64,000 nucleotides of DNA, taken from contig VBEC01000019.1 in the NCBI GenBank assembly GCA_005883615.1, positions 45,032 to 109,031 on the forward strand. The letters are read 5' to 3'. Position numbers and translations under genes: made by a program. Of this stretch, positions 57,442-64,000 are shown one piece after another; the first letter of the stretch is position 1, and each line of letters begins with the position of its first letter. The notes under the pieces are model-generated. The model was not told the origin of the DNA, did not search any database, and saw nothing but the letters and a program-made list of their open reading frames with translations. The stretch is from Chloroflexota bacterium. GTDB taxonomy: Bacteria; Chloroflexota; Limnocylindria; Limnocylindrales; CSP1-4.

Positions 57442-58529
57442 CGACCGGGGCCCGCCCCGAGCGACCGGTAGCGAACGGCGGTCGCGTGCCCGTCCGTTTC
57501 GGCATCGTCGGATCCGGCTTCATGGCCCACACCTATGCCCAGTGCCTGGACCGCCACACCAGCAGCACGGACCTGGTCGCGATCGGCGGCGGGCGCCGCG
57601 CGCCGGGTCTGGCGGCCGAATACGGCGTCGACGCCGAGCCCAGCGTCGAAGGCCTCGTGTCGCGTCCGGACGTCGATGCCGTGATCATCGCCACGCCGCA
57701 CTCGCTCCACCTTCCGCACACGGTGGTGGCGGCGGCGGCAGGCAAGCATGTCTACGTCGAGAAGCCGATGGCACGCGACATCGACGAATGCGACCGGATG
57801 ATCGAGGCCTGCAGCAGGGCCGGCGTCCTGCTCACGGTCAACAAGGTCACCCGCTTCCGGGAGTCGCCGCGGACCGCGAAGCGACTCCTCGACGGCGGCG
57901 CCATCGGCCGCCTGCGAATGATCCGCGTCACCAGCTCCGTGACCGCCTACCTGCCCGACGAGCATGGCTGGGTGCACGATCCAGCCGAGGGCGGAGCCTG
58001 GCTCGACATGGGCGCGCACCTATGCGACGCCCTTCGTTGGTTCTCGGGCTCCGACGCGATGACGGTGTTCGGGCGGATCCGCGATTTCTCGGCGCCGCCG
58101 GATCTCGCCCGGAGCGCGATGGTTCAGGTCGAGATGGCGAATGGAGTGCTCGCCCAGCTGTGGGTCAGCTTCGAGGTGCCGCCGCCCGGCCTCGGATCGC
58201 AGAGCCAGTGGATCCTTGTGGGCTCGGACGGGATCATCGAGGCGGACGCCTATGGCCAGGTGCGCCTCGGTCGCGGCACGACATGGGAACCCGTCTACGA
58301 GATGCCCGCATTCGACCTCAACGCCGACGTGTACAGCCCTGTCCGGCTGGCGGCCTTCGCCGAGCAGGTCCAGGACTTCGCTGATGCGATTCGGGATCAC
58401 CGGTCGCCGGCGGTCGCCCCGGCCGACGCGCGCGCGGCGATCGAACTGGTCGCAGCCGCCCGCCTCTCGGACCAGACAGGTGCGGCAGTAAGGCTGCCCC
58501 TCGACACGACCCTGCACCGGAGCGCCTGA
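57438..58529 (+). CDS. Gfo/Idh/MocA family oxidoreductase
   Basis: FGIVGSGFMA and EKPMARD motifs. The GTG start overlaps the aminotransferase stop in the pattern GTGA. Confidence 0.85.
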   Translation: MTTGARPERPVANGGRVPVRFGIVGSGFMAHTYAQCLDRHTSSTDLVAIGGGRRAPGLAAEYGVDAEPSVEGLVSRPDVDAVIIATPHSLHLPHTVVAAAAGKHVYVEKPMARDIDECDRMIEACSRAGVLLTVNKVTRFRESPRTAKRLLDGGAIGRLRMIRVTSSVTAYLPDEHGWVHDPAEGGAWLDMGAHLCDALRWFSGSDAMTVFGRIRDFSAPPDLARSAMVQVEMANGVLAQLWVSFEVPPPGLGSQSQWILVGSDGIIEADAYGQVRLGRGTTWEPVYEMPAFDLNADVYSPVRLAAFAEQVQDFADAIRDHRSPAVAPADARAAIELVAAARLSDQTGAAVRLPLDTTLHRSA

Positions 58530-59656
58530 TGCGCATCGTCGGGCAGGGCATCCTGTCGGCCCCCGAAGCCGGAGGGCCGCGCGCCGTTGCAACCTTCCCG
58601 ACGATCACCCCGCTTGCGGACGGCTCGCTGCTCGCGTCGTATAGCATCGGATCGGGCAAGGACACAGCCGATCTCGATCTCGAGCTGCGACGATCGAGCG
58701 ACGGGGGATGGAGCTGGGGCGACCCGGTGCGCCCGTTCGAAACCTCGTTCGGGGGTCGGCGCGGGTCGCTCAAGGCGGGGCCGATCACCGCGCTGGGTGG
58801 CGAGCGCCTGATCGTCGCCGCCCTGTGGATCGACCGGGAAGCCTTCCCGGGCGCGCCCCTGTTCAACCCCGACACCGAAGGCTGCCTGCCGATGGCGATC
58901 CTGGTTGCGGACTCGGCCGATTCGGGGGCCAGCTGGTCGCCCTGGCGCGAGGTTCCGATGCCGGACGACGTAGGACCGCCGAGCCTGACGACCGCGCTGC
59001 TGCGGCTGCCAAGCGGCCGTCTTGCCCTGAGCGTTGAGTCGAACAAGCCCTACCTTGATCGCTCGAAGTGGTTCCAGCGCGTCGTCTACGCGTGGTCGAA
59101 CGACGACGGCCTCACCTGGACCGAACCCCGGACCGTGTGCGCCGACCCCACCGGGCGGATCGCCAACTGGGATCAGCGGACCGGAGTGACCAGGGAGGGT
59201 GATCTCGTTGCGTTTACGTGGACGTACGACTTCGAAGCGGTGGCCTACCGCAACATCACTCGCCGGATCTCGAGGGACGAAGGCGCGACGTGGTCCGACG
59301 CGGAAGATCTCGGCTTCGCCGACCAGGCATCACACCCCGCGATCCTGCCCGACGGACGCGTGGTCCTGGCGTGGGTCGACCGCTTCGCCAGCCGGTCAAT
59401 CCGGGCGCGTCTTTCCAAGCGTCCCGACGCCGCGTTCCAGCCGGAGACCGAGGTAACCATCTACCAGCATCCGGGCATTGGCGGGACCAGTCGGCAGACG
59501 ACCGGCGACATGCTCGCCGACATGGGCCTCTGGACGTTCGGCCTGCCCTACGCGGAGGCGCTCCCGGACGGCGGCGTCCTGGTCGTCTATTACGCGGGAC
59601 GGGAGGGATCGATGGGCATCCACTGGGCGAGGCTTGCGCTCGATAGCTCCGCCTGA
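58529..59656 (+). CDS. BNR/Asp-box repeat beta-propeller protein (sialidase-like, intracellular)
   Basis: Asp-boxes SSDGGWSW, SADSGASW, SNDDGLTW and SRDEGATW. The ATG overlaps the MocA stop (TGATG). Confidence 0.8.
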   Translation: MRIVGQGILSAPEAGGPRAVATFPTITPLADGSLLASYSIGSGKDTADLDLELRRSSDGGWSWGDPVRPFETSFGGRRGSLKAGPITALGGERLIVAALWIDREAFPGAPLFNPDTEGCLPMAILVADSADSGASWSPWREVPMPDDVGPPSLTTALLRLPSGRLALSVESNKPYLDRSKWFQRVVYAWSNDDGLTWTEPRTVCADPTGRIANWDQRTGVTREGDLVAFTWTYDFEAVAYRNITRRISRDEGATWSDAEDLGFADQASHPAILPDGRVVLAWVDRFASRSIRARLSKRPDAAFQPETEVTIYQHPGIGGTSRQTTGDMLADMGLWTFGLPYAEALPDGGVLVVYYAGREGSMGIHWARLALDSSA

Positions 59657-59677
59657 CACGTCCGGCCACGCACCAGC

Positions 59678-60907
59678 GTGAACGATCTCGAGCTCCGCGA
59701 CGTCCGCGTCATCGATGTCGCAGCCGGCCTGAGCGGAGATCCGGTGACCCTGCGTCTGGTCGACGGCCGGATCGGCAGAATCGATCCGTCGCCAGGCGCG
59801 CGCGCACGCGGCTTCGTGATGCCCGGCCTGATCGACACGCACGTCCACCTGTTCTTCGACGGAGGGCCCGACCCGGCTGGTAGCTATCTCCAGGCATCGG
59901 ATTCTGATCGCCTTGATGTTGCCCGGCGCGGCGCGGAGCGGGCCCTGGCCGCGGGGATCACCACTGCTCGCGACCTGGGCGGGCCGACGGCACCGGCGAT
60001 CGCCTTGGCGCGGCGGATCGATCTGGGCCAGCTTGCGGGCCCGCGACTTGTCGCGGCCGGATCACCAATCACGCGCCCGGGCGGGCACTGCCATTTCTTC
60101 GGAGGAGAGGTGGCAAATCCCGCCGAAGCGCGCCGGCTCGTCGATGCCCAGGCGGCGGCCGGCGCCGGGGTCGTCAAGGTGATGGTCTCAGGGGGTGGAC
60201 TCACGCCCGGAACGCGGCCGGACACCGTCGAGCTCCCGTCCGACGTGCTCGCCGCGGCGGTACAGGCAGGGCACGCCAATGGCCTGCCCGTCACGGCGCA
60301 TTGTCATGCCCGGGCGGCGATCGAAGCCGCACTCGAGGCGCGCGTCGACATGATCGAGCACGCGAGTTTCGTGGAGCCCGACGGTACAGTGTCGATTTCT
60401 AGCGAGCTGCTGGCCCGAATACGTGCCGACGGGGTCGTTGTCGGACCCACCGTCGCGGGCGCCCTCCGAACCGCCGCGCGTTATCGAGCTGCCGGTCGGC
60501 AGGCAGATCCGGACGGCAGGGCGACGATCGAACGGTTGGAGGCGCGAGCGCGCATCGCCCGCGCGCTCGGCGAGGCTGGCGTGACCGTCCTGGCCGGCAC
60601 CGACGCCGGGGTGACGAATACGCCGAGCGACGTGCTCGTCGAGGAGCTCGAGGCGTACCGCGCGGTCGGGTTCTCGACGGCCGAGGCGCTGCGCTCGGCG
60701 ACGCTGCATGCTGCGCGGGGGTTGCGCCTCGCGAATACCGGCGAGGTGCGTGCGGGCTGGGCCGCCGACCTTCTCCTGCTAGCCGCGGACCCGTTGCAGG
60801 ACGTCGCGGCCCTGCGCAAGCCGCTCGCCGTCATTCGCGCCGGCCGCGTCATGGCGGGTAGCGTCGGGCCGACGGACCCACACTCGGCCGGTTCGGCGAG
60901 CGCGTGA
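59678..60907 (+). CDS. amidohydrolase family metal-dependent hydrolase (paralog of 9874-11097)
   Basis: MPGLIDTHVHLF, DLGGP and GTDAG motifs, and ADLLLLAADP near the C-terminus. Confidence 0.85.
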   Translation: MNDLELRDVRVIDVAAGLSGDPVTLRLVDGRIGRIDPSPGARARGFVMPGLIDTHVHLFFDGGPDPAGSYLQASDSDRLDVARRGAERALAAGITTARDLGGPTAPAIALARRIDLGQLAGPRLVAAGSPITRPGGHCHFFGGEVANPAEARRLVDAQAAAGAGVVKVMVSGGGLTPGTRPDTVELPSDVLAAAVQAGHANGLPVTAHCHARAAIEAALEARVDMIEHASFVEPDGTVSISSELLARIRADGVVVGPTVAGALRTAARYRAAGRQADPDGRATIERLEARARIARALGEAGVTVLAGTDAGVTNTPSDVLVEELEAYRAVGFSTAEALRSATLHAARGLRLANTGEVRAGWAADLLLLAADPLQDVAALRKPLAVIRAGRVMAGSVGPTDPHSAGSASA

Positions 60908-60925
60908 TGCCCGACCGGCGCCGCT

Positions 60926-62125
60926 TCATGGGCCCGACGCAGGGGCAAGTGGAGTCTTCAGCCCCGACCCGGTGAGGGCGGCGAGCACTACATCGCTCGG
61001 CCGGATCAGCCCGTCCGCGACAAGCTGCTCGAGGCCCGCGGGAACCAGCGCAGAGGTCGGCTCGACGTATAGCCCCGAGCGAGCCAGGGCGTCCCGGGCG
61101 GCCACGAGAGTCGCGTCATCGACGCTGGTTATCGCGCCGCCGCTCTCGCGCACGGCGGTCAGGACTGCCGCACCGCGCGGCGGGTGGGCCACCAACGCCC
61201 CCTCCGCAAGACCGCCGAGCAACGTGACCCGGGCGGGCTCGCGCCCACCGGAGCGAAATGCGGTCGCCAGCGGTTCGCAGGCCGTGCTCTGCACGCCGTA
61301 AAGCCGCGGTGCCCGCGACGCCAGGCCCGCATCCCGGAGGGCCGCAAACCCTCGCCACGCCCCGAGCAGCAGCGTTCCTCCGCCAAGTGGCACGACCACG
61401 GCGTCAGGCACGGTTCGACCCAGCTGCTCCCAGGCCTCCCAGGCGAATGTCGCCGTCCCGGCGAGGAAGAGCGGGCTCCACAGATGACTGGCGTAGATGC
61501 CTCGACCGCCGGACGCGGCCTCCTGGGCGGAATCGGTGGCCGCCGAACGCGGCCCGGGAACCAGCACGACGTCGGCGCCGTAGGCGTGGAGCTGGCGCAC
61601 CTTTGCCGGTGAGGCCGACGATGGCACATGGACCTCGCAGGCAATCCCGGCCCGAGCGCAGTACGCCGCCAGCGAGGCACCCGCGTTGCCGGAGGAGTCG
61701 TCCACGACGCGATCGACACCTTGCTCCACCAGCCAGCCGACCAGCACCGCCGTGCCGCGATCCTTGAACGATCCGCTCGGGAGACCGCCCTCGACCTTCC
61801 AGACAACATCGACACCTGCCCACTGGCCGTGCGCAATCGGGGTCATCGCCTCGCCCAGTGAGACGGGCTTGGGCACCGGCAGCCAGCGCTCGTAGCGCCG
61901 GACGCCGGCCACAGCCAGGGGCGCCATCAACGGCCAGGCTACGGGCCCGATCGTGCCGGCCGGAAGCTCGAGCGGGCCGCCGCATTCCGGGCAGCGCCAT
62001 GTCGCCGGCTCGGCCCTCGGCGTGGCACCACAGGCCGGGCAATGGAAGCGATCGATCACCCGCGGCTCGACATTCGGTCGCCCGGTCAGAAGATCGATTC
62101 GCCGGGCGCCAGGTACTGGCGACAC
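60926..62125 (-). CDS. threonine synthase-like PLP enzyme with an N-terminal zinc-ribbon
   Basis: CPACG...CPECG zinc-ribbon and SGSFKDRG PLP-lysine motif. The start may be the GTG at about 62059 instead. Confidence 0.85.
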   Translation of the reverse strand: MSPVPGARRIDLLTGRPNVEPRVIDRFHCPACGATPRAEPATWRCPECGGPLELPAGTIGPVAWPLMAPLAVAGVRRYERWLPVPKPVSLGEAMTPIAHGQWAGVDVVWKVEGGLPSGSFKDRGTAVLVGWLVEQGVDRVVDDSSGNAGASLAAYCARAGIACEVHVPSSASPAKVRQLHAYGADVVLVPGPRSAATDSAQEAASGGRGIYASHLWSPLFLAGTATFAWEAWEQLGRTVPDAVVVPLGGGTLLLGAWRGFAALRDAGLASRAPRLYGVQSTACEPLATAFRSGGREPARVTLLGGLAEGALVAHPPRGAAVLTAVRESGGAITSVDDATLVAARDALARSGLYVEPTSALVPAGLEQLVADGLIRPSDVVLAALTGSGLKTPLAPASGP

Positions 62126-63270
62126 ACGGCTTCATCGAGCTCGATGCCCAGGCCCGGGGCGTCGGTCAGGGGAACGTGGCCGTCGCGGAACAGCGGGACG
62201 TCGCGGCGCACGACCCGGCCGATCCATTCAGCGTCGTAGAAGTGGTATTCAAGGCCACGGAAGTTCGGGCTGGCCGCAGCGACGTGGGCCGACGCGATGG
62301 TATTGAGCGCCGAACCGTTGTTATGAAGCGCGAGCGGTATCTGGTGGAGGTCGGCGTAGTCGGCAACCTTCCGGAGCTCGTGCAGTCCGCCGACCATCAG
62401 CGCATCAGGGTGCACGATGTCGACCGCCCCGCGATCGATGAACAGTCGGAACTGGTCGGCCACGAACTCTTCACCGGCGCAGATCGGGATCGGGCTGCGT
62501 TCCCGGACGCGGGCGAGGGCATCGGGATCGAGCATCGGGATGGGATCCTCGAACCAGGTCAGCGCCAGCGGCGCCAGGGCCTCGGCGAGGCGGATCGCGC
62601 TGTCGACATCGTAGCTCCAGTGGCCGTCGAGCGTGATCTCGACGTCCGGCCCGACCGTTTCGCGGATGATCGAAAGGCGTTCAAACGTCGTGCGGATCTG
62701 ATCATTACGGGCGGTCCGATTCCACGGATCGCGACTCAGTTCGGGAGCGATCCATTCCGCGTCGAACTTGAGGTCGCTGAAGCCTTCGGCCAGCACCCTT
62801 TCGGCGAGCGCCCGCCAGGCCGAGTCGTCCGCCGGGTCGGCCACTCCGCTGCGGTCGAGGTAGATCCGGATGTCCTCGCGAAAGGCACCCCCGAACAGGG
62901 TGTGGACCGGCACGCCGAGCGCCTTGCCGGCGAGATCGCAGAGCGCCATCTCGACCCCGCTGACGGCCCAAGCGATCGGTCCCGTCTGGGTCGCGGTCGG
63001 GCTCATCTGCGGGTCGAAGGGCGGCAGGCCGCCGTACAGCATGGCCCGAACGAATGGACGGATCGAGAGTGGGTCCCGACCGAGCAGCCACTCTCGACAG
63101 TAGGCGATGGCCTCCCGGTCGCCCATCATCCCAGGCGCCTCACCCAGTCCGTACACGCCCGCGTCGGTATCGACCCGGACGAACAGCAGCGCCCAGGTGC
63201 GCGCCGTACCACCCACGCCGTGTGGATCCGGTCCGGCAAGCCGCATCGTGCGGACGTCGGTCACCTTCAT
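62086..63270 (-). CDS. enolase superfamily (MR/MLE; D-mannonate/galactonate dehydratase-like) enzyme
   Basis: Starts MKVTDVRTMRL and has ALCDLAGKALG, TLDGH and FEDP motifs. A GGGGAGG SD lies before the ATG. Confidence 0.85.
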   Translation of the reverse strand: MKVTDVRTMRLAGPDPHGVGGTARTWALLFVRVDTDAGVYGLGEAPGMMGDREAIAYCREWLLGRDPLSIRPFVRAMLYGGLPPFDPQMSPTATQTGPIAWAVSGVEMALCDLAGKALGVPVHTLFGGAFREDIRIYLDRSGVADPADDSAWRALAERVLAEGFSDLKFDAEWIAPELSRDPWNRTARNDQIRTTFERLSIIRETVGPDVEITLDGHWSYDVDSAIRLAEALAPLALTWFEDPIPMLDPDALARVRERSPIPICAGEEFVADQFRLFIDRGAVDIVHPDALMVGGLHELRKVADYADLHQIPLALHNNGSALNTIASAHVAAASPNFRGLEYHFYDAEWIGRVVRRDVPLFRDGHVPLTDAPGLGIELDEAVCRQYLAPGESIF

Positions 63271-64000
63271 CCTGGCCTCCCCTCTGGCGCACGACGACCG
63301 GCCCCATGCGTCGTTTCTGCCTGACCTTCGAACAGTACGGCGGCGTTGGTCCAGAAGATTCGGTCGAGCTCCTCCGGTGGCAACTCCGCGTCCTGGTAGG
63401 TCCCTAGCACGAATGCTGGCTCGATCAGCGGAACATCGGTCCCGTAGAGGAGCCGCTCCGGTCCTGCAACGCGTGCAGCCGCTCGGACAGCGGGAAGGTC
63501 GGCAAAGCTGCTCGACATTTCCACGAAGACGCGCTCGCAGTCCGCAGCCACCTGGGCTCCGGCGGCTGTCGGCGTCCCGGGTCCGCCATGGGCGATGATG
63601 ATCGGGAGCATCGGGTGCGACCTGGCGATATCGCGCAGGGCAGCCTCCCAGTCCGGCCCGGCATTGTGGATCTTGACCGGTCGACCGAAGTCGCTGAGCA
63701 GCGTAAAGAGATCTCGCATCGCACGCGACGCCGTCGGGACGCCCGACCACTCGCTGTGAATCTTGACTCCGACGACCCCAGGGCGCTCGCCGAAGCGCCG
63801 GATCTGGTCGGCCGTCAGGTCGAGGTCGTTGGGGTCGGCGACGAGGTAACCCCGCTGGCCGCCGTCCAGACCGACCGCCTCGACCATGGCCGCGTTGCCC
63901 GCGGCCGGGTCGGCGAAGATGCCGATCGTCGATGACCCTGTCAAGGCGAGCGTTCCAACCTCGGTCAGCTCGGCGAGCAACCGCTCCGCGGCGACCGCCG
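63267..64000 (-). CDS. amidohydrolase-2 (PF04909) family hydrolase; the 5' end lies beyond the window edge
   Basis: IIAHGG and YGTDVPL motifs. The stop overlaps the enolase start (ATGA). The ORF runs off the window. Confidence 0.7.
   Translation of the reverse strand, partial: AVAAERLLAELTEVGTLALTGSSTIGIFADPAAGNAAMVEAVGLDGGQRGYLVADPNDLDLTADQIRRFGERPGVVGVKIHSEWSGVPTASRAMRDLFTLLSDFGRPVKIHNAGPDWEAALRDIARSHPMLPIIIAHGGPGTPTAAGAQVAADCERVFVEMSSSFADLPAVRAAARVAGPERLLYGTDVPLIEPAFVLGTYQDAELPPEELDRIFWTNAAVLFEGQAETTHGAGRRAPEGRPG

Overview
This is a high-GC (about 68-70%) chromosomal segment from a bacterium that very likely uses cofactor F420 (Actinomycetota or Chloroflexota-like). It carries an LLM-class oxidoreductase and four PPOX-class genes. 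I can support about 60 protein-coding genes and found no rRNA, tRNA, CRISPR array, transposase or integrase.

The window has three parts:
- **1-5.5 kb: a small regulator/detox cluster.** It holds an ArsR regulator with a perfect 18-bp palindrome over its start codon, an AHSA1/SRPBCC protein, three paralogous RibD-C/DHFR-family genes and two quinone-oxidoreductase-like MDR genes.
- **6.2-9.4 kb: a rifampicin-phosphotransferase-like module.** The enzyme is PEP-utilizing, with an ATP-grasp N-terminus and the phospho-His domain at the extreme C-terminus. A small ABM-like gene follows it. The module is bracketed by lower-GC, hairpin-rich noncoding DNA and by an exact 18-bp direct repeat.
- **10-64 kb: a very large sugar-acid catabolic supercluster.**
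  - Catabolic enzyme families: 5 enolase-superfamily (MR/MLE) dehydratases, 5 Gfo/Idh/MocA oxidoreductases, 2 DHDPS/DapA-family enzymes, 2 D-2-hydroxyacid dehydrogenases, 3 amidohydrolase-2 TIM-barrel hydrolases, and one each of FAH-family hydrolase, FMN alpha-hydroxy-acid oxidase, aldehyde dehydrogenase and Zn-ADH.
  - Amino-acid and peptide metabolism: class III and class V aminotransferases, threonine dehydratase, threonine synthase, isoaspartyl peptidase/asparaginase and an S9 peptidase.
  - Transport: an ABC transporter with a fused double permease.
  - Other: a MetE-like gene, a GntR/FadR regulator, and three paralogous signal-peptide-less BNR/Asp-box (sialidase-like) beta-propeller proteins.

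The most interesting signals are these:
- A palindromic operator, GTAnATTGTCGACAATnTAC, recurs in front of at least five operons in the supercluster, which suggests a single GntR-type regulon.
- The three intracellular BNR propellers are translationally coupled to MocA, DapA-like and PLP enzymes. This resembles the 2,7-anhydro-sialic-acid / ketodeoxy-nonulosonate route and may be an undescribed keto-deoxy sugar acid pathway.
- A CRTAC1-like FG-GAP/ASPIC-UnbV propeller is fused to a duplicated His/Glu-motif membrane domain.
- The Rph-like module looks like an insertion.

In a few places the printed sequence and the ORF track disagree by one base. I derived CDS coordinates from the ORF track, and the coordinates of short motifs may be off by 1-2 nt.
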